Of a DNA stretch of 55,572 bases, positions 1 through 9,735 are shown piece by piece; position 1 is the stretch's first letter, and each line of letters opens with the position of its first letter. Location of the stretch: the NCBI GenBank assembly GCA_964619725.1, contig CAZUFC010000050.1, forward strand, positions 1-55,572, given 5' to 3'. Below the pieces are notes generated by a model that did no database searches, was not told where the DNA came from, and saw nothing but the letters and a program-made list of their open reading frames with translations. The DNA comes from an uncultured bacterium. GTDB lineage: Bacteria > CSSED10-310 > CAZUFC01. Made by a program: the position numbers and the translations under genes.

Positions 1-147
1 CCACGAATCTAACGAATCGCACGAATCAGGAAAGGGACATTACGGGAATTTATGGTTTCGCTGTCGGACCTGAACTGGAAAACATTCATTAGCTGCAATT
101 CACGGTCGCGTCTCCATTCTTATTCGTGGGATTCGGGTGATTCGTGG
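1..147. repeat. Palindromic REP/MITE-like element with CACGAAT-type arms
   Basis: 1-26 CCACGAATCTAACGAATCGCACGAAT matches the reverse complement of 122-147 (CCACGAATCACCCGAATCCCACGAAT) at 22/26; each arm has three CGAAT units with 9-nt periodicity. Confidence 0.75.
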
Positions 148-230
148 TTGTATTCCTGATTAAAATCGTTAATGACGCGGCGGCAAAGCTGTAATACGGT
201 CCTTGAAACGGTTATGCTTTATTTTTTTTA

Positions 231-357
231 CCACGAATCAAATGAATACTAGAATCGCCGTTGCGTGCCCTTGCAAGTCGTTAAAACTTTAAACGTCGCA
301 GATGATTGCCTAAGCTTTCATCTCCCCTGATTCTTTTTCGATTCGAATGATTCGCGA
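231..357. repeat. Second, more degenerate CACGAAT-type palindromic element
   Basis: CCACGAATCAAATGAATACTAGAATC at 231-256 and a GATTC-repeat arm at about 329-357. Confidence 0.45.
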
Positions 358-394
358 TTCAAAAATTAAAATTTTTCAGTAGAACTTACAGAAT

Positions 395-652
395 TTACTC
401 TTTTTCCTTCGAACGTCTCATTAAATCCAGCATCTCCCGCTGGTTCTTCTCCACACCCAGACCCAGACTGAAAAATTCTCCTACACCGTAAGTCAAAACA
501 GCTTTCAGCAATCCGCGCATCGTCGACTGAACCCAGCCCCAGAATCCCGGCTCAAATTTGAATCCGTTAAACAAACCGTAGATGAACAACAATACGCCCA
601 ATACTTTTAAAGATATGGAAATGTAACGAAGTACAGGATATCTTTCCAGCAT
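395..652 (-). CDS. Small membrane protein, hypothetical (85 aa)
   Basis: ATG preceded by GAGGAGG RBS; hydrophobic segments followed by a charged tail. Confidence 0.7.
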   Translation of the reverse strand: MLERYPVLRYISISLKVLGVLLFIYGLFNGFKFEPGFWGWVQSTMRGLLKAVLTYGVGEFFSLGLGVEKNQREMLDLMRRSKEKE

Positions 653-1063
653 TTTCTTCCTCCTCGCTTAATTCTTTCTTTGAAAACAATCACTATTCCT
701 GAAGGCATAACCCGCTTCCGGGCTCTTCACCTCCACTTCCTTCTTCCATCGCTCATCAATCAACTGCATCTCCCGTAAAAATAAAATTCATATCGCACGA
801 TACTCTGTCGCTTTCCTCGATCATACCCATAAGCGTTCGCTTCTCTCCACAGCCGCTTCCTCTGATTGCAAACGAATGACCTCATGCATCAAATGCATCT
901 TCCGACATTCGTTATGTTAATCGCTGTTTCCGTAAATTTCAAGTCTTATTTATCCGTTCAATCAATTTTTGAATGCCTCCCCCCTTGCCGGCCTTCCCTG
1001 ATGAAATGTCGACACGCCACACCCCCCAAAAATGATAATAATGGAAATTTTGGTAAAAATTTC

Positions 1064-1090
1064 TTGACAGGCGCTTTACGCTTTGATAAT
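1064..1090 (+). promoter_or_regulatory. Possible sigma70-type promoter for the glycosylation cluster
   Basis: TTGACA at 1064-1069 and GATAAT at 1085-1090; the 15-bp spacer is suboptimal. Confidence 0.35.
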
Positions 1091-1225
1091 TATTAAGCGT
1101 CTGGATGGGGACGATTATTTCGCCTCTTTAAGTTTTGTCATCAGCAGAAGACAGCATTTATTTTGAATTGTTTAATCATTACAAAGCATTGACCTGTCGA
1201 GGGCAGGAAGTATTAGGGGAATGTA

Positions 1226-3079
1226 GTGAAAGAGATAGAATTATCGATAATTTTTTCGATTCCGAGCGAATCTCCAGAGCTTGAGGGAGTGTTGGGTCGT
1301 TATTGCGAGGAATGCGAAGCGAAGGGGCTGGATTATGAGTTAATAGTATCGGTATGCGTGGGTTCTGATTCGGATGAGGAGCGGATATCCCGGCTTTCGG
1401 AGCGTCATAACAGGATCAGGGTAATAAGATTTCCATCGCGGTTAGGCATGGGCATATTGCGTTTAGAGGGGTTAAAGTCTGCCCGGGGACGCTTGGCGGC
1501 ATTTTCGGACCCAGACGGTTCTGTTCCTCCAGAGGAATTAATACGATTATCGGAGGAAATCGGTGAAGCCGACGGCATAATCGGTTCTCGATGGTTGGAA
1601 GGTTCGAACGCTCCGGGGCCTCAGCCGGCGTTCCGGCCCTTAACGAGCCGCTTGTTCAACTGGTATACGAGAATAGCCTTAGGCCTGCCCTTTCGGGACA
1701 CTCAATGCGGCGCCAAGGTATTTCGGAGGGAATCGATCGAGCCAATTATTAATGATATAATAACGACAGATCATGGATTTGATGCATGTTTATTGAGAAG
1801 GGCTTTAAAGGCTGGATTGAAGGTAAGAGAGGAGCCTGTAAGCTGGTTGGGCGAGAGACTGCCCCGGGTGGGTTGGCTGCGATACATACCTGAGATGTTG
1901 ACAGCGGTTATGGCGATTCGTCTGAATGAAATAACGGAGCGAAGTAGGCGCTGTACTGGAAGTATCCGGATATTACCGGAGGAAATGAGCGTTCTGGAAG
2001 AATCGGAACCTCTGGTAGGGATATTGATACCCTGCCGAGAGTTGAGCTCGGAGGTGATGGAGTGTGTAAGATACTGTTCGCGAATGGATTACGTCAATAA
2101 GGAGATCATATTGTTGCCTGACGAGGAATGCGAAGCTCCGGACTATCCAGAAGTAAGGATTCAGCCTACGGGCCCGGTAAAACCTGCGGTGAAAAGAAAT
2201 ATGGGCGCAGAGAAATTGCCGGTTTCCTGTCGTCTGATAGCGTTCATAGATTCTGATGCATTTCCTCGTGAAGACTGGTTGAGTAATGCGGTTCGTTATT
2301 TCAGCCGCAAAAATGTAGGCGGACTGGGCGGTCCGAATCTGACTCCCGGTTCCGATACGGCTCGTCAAGCCATAGGCGGTCAGATATTAGGTTCGCTGGT
2401 AGGCACCGGCGGATTTTCGTTGCGATATCGATTGCGGCTCAAGTTCAGACAGGGACAACCGGTAAAAGAAATGCCTTCGTGCAATTTACTCGTCAGGAGA
2501 GAGGCATTTGAAAAAGTCGGCGGATTCGACGAGAGCATATTAACGGGTGAAGATGCGAAACTCTGTTTTTCCATAAGGCGATCAGGACAAAGAATACTGT
2601 ATGCTCCAGACGTCATCGTATATCATCACAGAAGGCCATTGTTTTTACCTCACCTGGAACAGATACGGCGATACGGCCGGGACAAAGCCTGGGTAATAAA
2701 GGAAGATTTTTCAACGGACAAACTATGTTATTCGCTGCCGTTTCTGTTTCTTGTCGGCCTGGTGACGGGAGCGATTTCAAGTCTGTTGTGGCCTCCGTTT
2801 CGTTATCTGTATTTACCCGGCATGTTTTTGTATTTCGCGGTCCTGACTGCCGCTGGTTTGATTGAAGGAGCTTACAGATTGCCGACATTCGTTCTGGGAG
2901 CATTTTTGACTCATCTGTCGCACGGTTATGGTTTTCTGATCGGATTGCTCCGCGAATCCCCGATGAAAGGGGCTTCAATGCGAACTGCAGGGCTTAATGT
3001 TGAGCAGGAATGCACGCATGAGAGCGAGACATCGATGAATACGGAAACCGGGCGATATGAAGGAGAAAAAGCAGCATGA
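1226..3079 (+). CDS. Two-domain family 2 glycosyltransferase (DPM/Alg5-like GT2 plus a second GT2 with C-terminal TM helices)
   Basis: FSDPDGS and RDTQCGAKVFRR in domain 1; FIDSDA, GGFDE..TGED and VYHHRR in domain 2; GTG start after AGGGG. Confidence 0.9.
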   Translation: MKEIELSIIFSIPSESPELEGVLGRYCEECEAKGLDYELIVSVCVGSDSDEERISRLSERHNRIRVIRFPSRLGMGILRLEGLKSARGRLAAFSDPDGSVPPEELIRLSEEIGEADGIIGSRWLEGSNAPGPQPAFRPLTSRLFNWYTRIALGLPFRDTQCGAKVFRRESIEPIINDIITTDHGFDACLLRRALKAGLKVREEPVSWLGERLPRVGWLRYIPEMLTAVMAIRLNEITERSRRCTGSIRILPEEMSVLEESEPLVGILIPCRELSSEVMECVRYCSRMDYVNKEIILLPDEECEAPDYPEVRIQPTGPVKPAVKRNMGAEKLPVSCRLIAFIDSDAFPREDWLSNAVRYFSRKNVGGLGGPNLTPGSDTARQAIGGQILGSLVGTGGFSLRYRLRLKFRQGQPVKEMPSCNLLVRREAFEKVGGFDESILTGEDAKLCFSIRRSGQRILYAPDVIVYHHRRPLFLPHLEQIRRYGRDKAWVIKEDFSTDKLCYSLPFLFLVGLVTGAISSLLWPPFRYLYLPGMFLYFAVLTAAGLIEGAYRLPTFVLGAFLTHLSHGYGFLIGLLRESPMKGASMRTAGLNVEQECTHESETSMNTETGRYEGEKAA

Positions 3080-4530
3080 AAGTATTATTGGGTTATCCTC
3101 CACTGGACAGATCGAAAGGTATACCGTTGCTTTCCCAAAACAGGCAATTTCAGTATTTTAAGAACCCCACTTACATGTATCCTGTAATAATGGGGTCTGC
3201 GGCGACATATATCCGTTCAGAGGGTCACGAAACGATATACAGGGATGCAGTTGTGGAAAATCTTTCCTGGCCTGAATTCGAGGGGTACATGCAGGAAGCT
3301 GAGTATGATCTGTTTGCATTTGAAACCAAAACGCCTGTCGTGCGTGAACATTGGCGCGCCGTCGACAGGATTAAAAAGGCTTCCCCGAAAACGAGAATAG
3401 CGGTAGTCGGAGATCATGTGACGGCTGAGCCGATGGAAACCATGGTGAACTCGGCTGTTGATTTTGTAGCGACAGGGGGGGATTATGATTTTCAATTGCT
3501 GGGCATAGCGGATTTTTTGGCCGGCGATAAGGAACTGCCTCCCGGCATATATTACCGGGAAAAGGAAAAAATACGGTCGACCGGCCCTTTCGAGCTGTCC
3601 GGCGATCTGAACGAATTGCCTGTTATAGACAGGGAATTGACCGACTGGCATCTTTATAATCAGGAACACAACATCAAGGTCAGGCCTTTCGCTTATACCA
3701 TGGCCGGGCGCGATTGTCCCTGGGGCAAATGTGCATTCTGTTCCTGGCCCACGCTGTTTCCGCGGTTTCGCGTCAGGAGCGTAGACAGCGTAATCAGCGA
3801 GATAGACGATCTGGTCGTTCGATATGGAGTAAAGGAGGTTTTCGACGACACGGGCACTTTTCCTCCCGGCGACTGGCTGCACGAATTCTGCCGCGCCATG
3901 AAACGTTCGGGATTAAATAGGAAGGTTAATATTTCCTGCAACATGCGGGTTGATTACGTCAGTGAAGATACCGCGAAACTGATGACCGAAGCAGGCTTCC
4001 GGTTGCTTAAAATGGGGCTGGAGTCCGGAAATCAGGAAACTCTTGACCGGCTGGAAAAGGGCATTAAAGTGGACCAAATCCGCTCTGCTTCCAGGATAGC
4101 TCATGAAGCAGGATTAACGGTACATTTGACGATGATCGTCGGGTATCCCTGGGAAACGCGGCGTCAAGCCATGAATACGGTCGCCCTGGCCGAAAAACTG
4201 ATGAATACAACGGCAGACCTGCTGCAATCCACAGTCGTCATCCCTTATCCCGGTACCAAACTTTTCGACCAGGCCGTCGAAAACGACTGGTTCCTGTTTG
4301 ATTGCCGTGATTATGAGAAATACGATATGAGCGGTCCCGTGCTGAAAACCCCTGATATGACGCCTGAGGAAACTCTGGAATTATGCCGGAGCATCTACAG
4401 GACATTCTTTTCTCCTTCCTTTGTGCTGAAACATCTAAAACAGATTCGTTCGTTCAAGGATGCGGCTTATCTTCTGAAAGGCGCCAGAGCGGTATTCGGA
4501 CACCTGTCCGATTTCAACCGGGCTGCCTGA
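3076..4530 (+). CDS. Cobalamin-binding-domain radical SAM protein
   Basis: GRDCPWGKCAFC (CxxxCxxC), GLESG, PYPGT; N-terminal B12-binding-like region; ATGA coupling to GT2. Confidence 0.9.
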   Translation: MKVLLGYPPLDRSKGIPLLSQNRQFQYFKNPTYMYPVIMGSAATYIRSEGHETIYRDAVVENLSWPEFEGYMQEAEYDLFAFETKTPVVREHWRAVDRIKKASPKTRIAVVGDHVTAEPMETMVNSAVDFVATGGDYDFQLLGIADFLAGDKELPPGIYYREKEKIRSTGPFELSGDLNELPVIDRELTDWHLYNQEHNIKVRPFAYTMAGRDCPWGKCAFCSWPTLFPRFRVRSVDSVISEIDDLVVRYGVKEVFDDTGTFPPGDWLHEFCRAMKRSGLNRKVNISCNMRVDYVSEDTAKLMTEAGFRLLKMGLESGNQETLDRLEKGIKVDQIRSASRIAHEAGLTVHLTMIVGYPWETRRQAMNTVALAEKLMNTTADLLQSTVVIPYPGTKLFDQAVENDWFLFDCRDYEKYDMSGPVLKTPDMTPEETLELCRSIYRTFFSPSFVLKHLKQIRSFKDAAYLLKGARAVFGHLSDFNRAA

Positions 4531-4541
4531 ATATTGTGATT

Positions 4542-5600
4542 ATGAAAAATTCGATAAAGCGGACGCAAGAATCTAAATGTAAAAAGAAGAGGCGGAAAAA
4601 ACTTCGGAGTGCGCTGATAAAGGGATTACCGGTAATAGGCATAATTATTTTCGCTCTTCTTATCAAAAAAACAGGCATAAATGAAATCTCAGCGGTTTTA
4701 AAAAATACCAATCCCCTTCACTTCATTCCTGTTCTGTTTATCCAACCCCTGATATTTCTATTGCAGACTCAGAAATGGCATGCGCTTTTAAAGGAACAGA
4801 ACATCATCGTACCCTTAACGAAACTCTATCGGATGCACTGGGCATCTTTTTATCTGGGGATAATCACTCCCGGCCGCGCCGGAGAGCTGCTGAAAATCCA
4901 TATGCTTCAGAGGTTATCCGGTCATAATGCGGCCAGTTGTTCGGTCAGCGTTATTCTTGACCGCATGCTTTCATTCGTGCACATGGCCGTGATCGTAACC
5001 TTCGGGAATGTTTACATTCTGTTTCTTTTGGGTCGAAGCTGGCTTAACGGCGCATTTTTTATGTGGGGTCTGGCGGCGACGACGGCATCGATCTGCCTGT
5101 TATGTATTTTGTATCCCTCCATATTTCGTCGACTGTTGAATCTGTTCAAAAAACGCCTTATTCCCCCCGGCATTCAGAAGAAACTGATTATCCCAATGGT
5201 CAATTCCTGGCGATCCAGGCCGGCCGGCATGAAACTCATTAAACCTTTTCTGCTTGGCCTTGTCTCGCTCGAACTCTACTACATCCAGATGATAATCATC
5301 TCCCGCATCGTCGGTATGGAAATTTCCCCCTTTGCGTTGAACGCGCTGGCGCCCATCGCAACCCTGGCTGCACTGCTGCCCGTAGCTCCAGGAGGCCTCG
5401 GCGTCAGAGAATTCACATTAATCGGATTGCTCTCTCTTTTTCAGGTCCCTCCTGAAAAAACGATGGCGCTGTCTGTTCTTCTGCTTTTTTTCTGTAATTT
5501 ATTGCCGGGTATCGGCGGCTTCATCGCTGCTCACGGTCCCGGAGGATTCCCGTCGGATTTTCGCAGTATTTTTCCAGAAAAAATCGTTACCGAACATTAA
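4542..5600 (+). CDS. Lysylphosphatidylglycerol-synthase TM domain / flippase-like protein (UPF0104-like)
   Basis: ITPGRAGELLK, DRML and LPVAPGGLGVRE motifs; multiple TMs; start moved from 4383 to the ATG at 4542 to avoid overlap. Confidence 0.85.
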   Translation: MKNSIKRTQESKCKKKRRKKLRSALIKGLPVIGIIIFALLIKKTGINEISAVLKNTNPLHFIPVLFIQPLIFLLQTQKWHALLKEQNIIVPLTKLYRMHWASFYLGIITPGRAGELLKIHMLQRLSGHNAASCSVSVILDRMLSFVHMAVIVTFGNVYILFLLGRSWLNGAFFMWGLAATTASICLLCILYPSIFRRLLNLFKKRLIPPGIQKKLIIPMVNSWRSRPAGMKLIKPFLLGLVSLELYYIQMIIISRIVGMEISPFALNALAPIATLAALLPVAPGGLGVREFTLIGLLSLFQVPPEKTMALSVLLLFFCNLLPGIGGFIAAHGPGGFPSDFRSIFPEKIVTEH

Positions 5601-5616
5601 AAGGAGACTGTTTTCC

Positions 5617-6993
5617 ATGAATATTTATACCGCAGAACAAAAGCCGGCTCCCCGTGAATTTCAACGGGTCCGGAGGATTTATCAGGGAAAATATAATTCC
5701 GTATCCCCCGAAGCTGACCGCATGATTGAAAAAAAACTCAATGCCGTAACGGTTCAAATCCGCCGTAATATTCCCGGCCTCTATTCCATTATATTAATAG
5801 GGGGATACGGAAGAGGCGAGGGAGCGGTCATGCTGACGGATGAGGGGCCTCAAATGGTCAATGATTTCGACTTATACGTTATAACGCAGAAGCAGATAGC
5901 GGATGAGAATCTCGAAGATATTGCCCTGGAATGTTCCCGACGCATCGGCGCCGGAGGAATCGCTCATCCCGAAGAATTTGAAGGCCTTTACACTTTTGAA
6001 AAATATTTCCATGTCGATATCCGCTGCCTGGTCAGAAAACGTCTTCACCAACTTCCGCCGACCATCCGATACTTTGAAATGAAAAGGACCGCCTCTGTGC
6101 TCTGGGGCGAAAATTCTCTCGAATTTTTTCCATACCTGCAGCCGACGGAGATTCCCAAACCGGAAGCCCTGCGGATCATCATGAATCGCATGATGCTGCT
6201 ATTAATGGCCTTTCATCCCAAGTTCGTCAAAGCGCCGAAAACAGTGACGAAAGACGAGGATGCCGTTCTGAAGTATTACATCGCCAAATCTTATCTTACT
6301 ATGGCGGAGTCCCTTCTTCTTTATGCCGGCGAATACCAGCCTTCTTATATCGGACGCGCGGAAAGATTGAATCAAATTTACAAAGAAAAATTTCCGGAAC
6401 TGCACCAGGAAATGCCTGAACTGGCAAGCGACATACTTTTTTTCACTGAATACAAATTAAATCCAAGACCTTCGGAAATCTTTGGAGTTACGGAATGGGA
6501 CAAATGCCGTCAGAGATTGGGGCGCCTTTTTCGCTGGTGCCTTCAGCATTTCCTTCAAACGGAGATTCCGGATTCCTGGATCGACGTAGCTGAACTGCTC
6601 AAGAAAAAACTCGCCAAACCTTACTTCGATGAATATGTCAGCGCCATGCTGTCACGTTATCATCTTGATAATCCTGTTTTAAGACGCCTGGGTAATCACG
6701 CCGGGCAGTTTTATCTCCGGTATCGCTATCTCCAGGCCTTGAAACGGGACCTGGGCGTAAATTACCTGCCTGCCTGGCGACTAAACGATCCGGGCTTGCC
6801 CATATTATATACCTGCCCGTTAATCCTGTATTCGATCGATACGGAGGCCGGAGAATCAGAGGAAATGATCCGATACGTCATTGAAGAGCTTGATTCAGTT
6901 TATCCCGCAACCATACGCGATTACAGTTGGACTCACGGCAAATCCGTATGGATGAAAGCCTACCGGCTATATTATTTGCAGAGGTTCGTATGA
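5617..6993 (+). CDS. Pol-beta-fold nucleotidyltransferase-like protein with helical C-terminal region
   Basis: LIGGYGRGEG...NDFDLYV NTase signature; AAGGAG RBS. Confidence 0.7.
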   Translation: MNIYTAEQKPAPREFQRVRRIYQGKYNSVSPEADRMIEKKLNAVTVQIRRNIPGLYSIILIGGYGRGEGAVMLTDEGPQMVNDFDLYVITQKQIADENLEDIALECSRRIGAGGIAHPEEFEGLYTFEKYFHVDIRCLVRKRLHQLPPTIRYFEMKRTASVLWGENSLEFFPYLQPTEIPKPEALRIIMNRMMLLLMAFHPKFVKAPKTVTKDEDAVLKYYIAKSYLTMAESLLLYAGEYQPSYIGRAERLNQIYKEKFPELHQEMPELASDILFFTEYKLNPRPSEIFGVTEWDKCRQRLGRLFRWCLQHFLQTEIPDSWIDVAELLKKKLAKPYFDEYVSAMLSRYHLDNPVLRRLGNHAGQFYLRYRYLQALKRDLGVNYLPAWRLNDPGLPILYTCPLILYSIDTEAGESEEMIRYVIEELDSVYPATIRDYSWTHGKSVWMKAYRLYYLQRFV

Positions 6994-8300
6994 AAGAGCA
7001 TCGGATTCCTAAAACGGTTTTTCTCTATCTGGATGCGTTTCGCCATGAATACCTGAAACATGCTCCGTTCATTTCCAACCTTTACGACACCGGACTTTCC
7101 GGACCGCTAAAAGTATCCCCCCTGCATCAATTCGAATTTACAATCTTTTCAGGCATCGATATAGGGCGCCACGATCAATGGGTCTGGTTCAAATACGGCC
7201 CGGAAACATCCCCCTTTCGCTTCATTCGTCCTTTTTCCGGGTTACTGACCAAAATCGACGCTCATGAACGCGCCAGGCATGTTCTTCGAACCGCAGTATC
7301 CTACGGCGGAGCTTTCCTGAACTACTACAGAGGCCGCACCCGATTTTTGAAAATCGCCGCCATACCGTTCGACAAGGCTCATCTTTTCGGAGTCACCGCA
7401 AAAAAATCCTTCATCGACAGAAATCCTATGAAAGTCTCCATGCTTTTCGATATCCTCCGCAAAAAAGGCATTCGATATTTCTGCTCCGAATGGCCCCTGC
7501 AAAGTTCGCATGAAGGCATCAAACTCAGACCGCTCCCCAAAAAAGACGCCTCGGTCATGAATATGCTGAAAAGAAAATCCCGAAAATATGATTTTCTGTT
7601 CGCTCATCTGTGGACTCTGGACAGTCTCATGCACCGGTATGGAATAGAAGCGCCCCAAGTTTCAGATCATATCAGGCTCCTGGACAATGAAGTGAAATCA
7701 ATCGTCGAATATTTCCGTAAACGCTTTCCTGATTTCAACCTTATCGTCTCTTCTGATCACGGCATGGTCCCTGTCCGAAAAACCGTCGACGTTATGAAAG
7801 CCGTTAAAGATGCAGGACTGCAAGAAGGAAAACATTTTACAGCATTTCCCGGTTCAATTATGGTGCGTTTCTGGCTCCTCCCCCAGGACGAAGAATCGCA
7901 GCGAAAAATACTCGGCAAACTGATTGCAGCCCTGGAGAACGTTTCCGGCGGAAGGGTCTATGACAAAAACAATTATGATGAGCTGGGCGTAGCATATCGT
8001 CGTGATTTGTGCGGAGATGTCCTTTTCATGGGCGATACGGGAACCCTGGTTTCTCCTAATTATTTCGACGGGGATAAAGTCAGCAAAGCTATGCATGGGT
8101 ATCTCCCCGTATCGAATGAACTGGACGGACTCTTTATCCTCAAAACATCAGAATTGAAAACCCGTCAGACGATCAAGGGGCTGAACCTGGTCGACATCAT
8201 GCCGACAATACTGGATGCGCTACGACTGCAAGTTCCTTCTGATTGCGACGGCTGCAGCATTATACGGGAGGCAATGAAAAACAAATCTAAGGCGGCTTAA
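6990..8300 (+). CDS. Alkaline phosphatase superfamily / nucleotide pyrophosphatase-phosphodiesterase
   Basis: LYLDAFR, LDSLMHRYG, SSDHGM and MHGY metal-ligand motifs; ATG at 6990 overlaps the upstream TGA (ATGA). Confidence 0.85.
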   Translation: MKEHRIPKTVFLYLDAFRHEYLKHAPFISNLYDTGLSGPLKVSPLHQFEFTIFSGIDIGRHDQWVWFKYGPETSPFRFIRPFSGLLTKIDAHERARHVLRTAVSYGGAFLNYYRGRTRFLKIAAIPFDKAHLFGVTAKKSFIDRNPMKVSMLFDILRKKGIRYFCSEWPLQSSHEGIKLRPLPKKDASVMNMLKRKSRKYDFLFAHLWTLDSLMHRYGIEAPQVSDHIRLLDNEVKSIVEYFRKRFPDFNLIVSSDHGMVPVRKTVDVMKAVKDAGLQEGKHFTAFPGSIMVRFWLLPQDEESQRKILGKLIAALENVSGGRVYDKNNYDELGVAYRRDLCGDVLFMGDTGTLVSPNYFDGDKVSKAMHGYLPVSNELDGLFILKTSELKTRQTIKGLNLVDIMPTILDALRLQVPSDCDGCSIIREAMKNKSKAA

Positions 8301-8301
8301 T

Positions 8302-9546
8302 ATGAAAAAAATCGACTTTATTAAAGATACCGTTTTTCTCTTCGAAGACATCGGCGGACGAAACGAAATAAAATATGCAGTCAACAATATTTGCAGCGAA
8401 TTCTCTGATCTGTTCCCCCGCGACAAATATGCCCGTATCCTGATCAAACCTAACTGTAATAATGATATGATCACTTTCACCGGCGGCACGACAGACCTGC
8501 GCCTGATAGCTGCCGTCGTCGAATTCCTCCAGGACAACGGTTTCAACAACATCACCATCGGAGACGGACCTAATTCAGGAGCTTTTCACGCGGGTATCGA
8601 CGTTCTGCATAGATTGCGGTTAAAAAAATTGGCGCATCACTACGGCATTAAAATCCTCGATTTCAATACCTCAGTCCCTTCCAGAATTAAAATCGGACGA
8701 CATAAGGCCCTCGTCGCAGATGCCTGTCTGCATAATGATTTTATGATCAATCTTCCTAAATTGAAAACTCATACCGAAGCCTTCCTCTCCGCCGCATGCA
8801 AGAATTTGGTCGGCTGCCTTAAAGGAAGGGATAAACGACAGGTGCACTGGAACCTTACGCGCAACATAGTGGAGTTGAACCGAATCATTAAACCGAATCT
8901 GCACATCGTAGACGGAATAATAGCCATGGAAGGCGACGGTCCCAGCGCAGGCATTCCCAAAAAATTGGGAGCAATCATAGCCGGGACCAATCCTTTTCTG
9001 GTCGATGCCGTTTCAGCCGCCGCCGCAGGCTTCGCCCCTACGGCTGTCCCCTATATTCAATATGCTCTGGAAAAAGGCATCATCATCCTCAAAGACATCC
9101 AAAAAACCCAGAAGATACATCCCGTCGGAAACATCAAACCGGCAAACTCCAATCGCCTGGTCAATCTCCTGCTTTCCAACTATGTCATTCTGCCCCGTTA
9201 TAAACCGCCGCTGAACTGGATAGCCGATTCCAAAACCATACAAAAATTCCTCACATCCTCCGGCATAAAACAGGACGTTTTCATCGCTGAAACTTCAACG
9301 CTGAGACCCACCGAAACGGTTCACGACCCACAGGATATCTTTCTGGCAGACGCCTGCCCCATAGGACTTCCCCTGGACCTCCCCGATTTTAAATTCAAAA
9401 ATTCCGACTGCCTTAAATGCCTCTACTGCTGGTTCCAAGCCCCCAAAAAAATCAAAGTGGGCGGAAATGCCGGGCATCTGAGGCCGCAAATAAAAATGAT
9501 CAATACTCAAAACTATATTAACAAAATGAATGCCGATGCCGCCTGA
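8302..9546 (+). CDS. DUF362 domain protein with C-terminal Cys cluster (possible Fe-S)
   Basis: ILIKPN, INLPKLKTH, KNLVG and VDGIIAMEGDGP motifs; CP...CLKCLYC near the C-terminus. Confidence 0.85.
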   Translation: MKKIDFIKDTVFLFEDIGGRNEIKYAVNNICSEFSDLFPRDKYARILIKPNCNNDMITFTGGTTDLRLIAAVVEFLQDNGFNNITIGDGPNSGAFHAGIDVLHRLRLKKLAHHYGIKILDFNTSVPSRIKIGRHKALVADACLHNDFMINLPKLKTHTEAFLSAACKNLVGCLKGRDKRQVHWNLTRNIVELNRIIKPNLHIVDGIIAMEGDGPSAGIPKKLGAIIAGTNPFLVDAVSAAAAGFAPTAVPYIQYALEKGIIILKDIQKTQKIHPVGNIKPANSNRLVNLLLSNYVILPRYKPPLNWIADSKTIQKFLTSSGIKQDVFIAETSTLRPTETVHDPQDIFLADACPIGLPLDLPDFKFKNSDCLKCLYCWFQAPKKIKVGGNAGHLRPQIKMINTQNYINKMNADAA

Positions 9547-9735
9547 ACCCGGACCGTTCTTTCGAAATTTGCTCAATCTGTCAGCCTGCGACTCAATGCC
9601 CCGGCTCCTTCAACATACGGTAATTTCCAACCCAGCATCCTCTTTGATTCTCGAAAAGCGAGAGAATCAGAATTCGTTGATTAAGCTGACTATCTTCCCC
9701 CATCTCCCGCTATTCATTTATAACATTTCAACGAC

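Noticed and set aside
866-1096. 76-aa plus-strand ORF, and short minus-strand frames between 668 and 900
   Set aside because: TTG start without RBS, overlaps the putative promoter, no motifs; the minus frames are short and interrupted by stops with no selenoprotein context
5617-6993. Nucleotidyltransferase as a CBASS cyclase or toxin-antitoxin component
   Set aside because: No Cap effector or small cognate partner; tightly embedded in a glycosylation cluster
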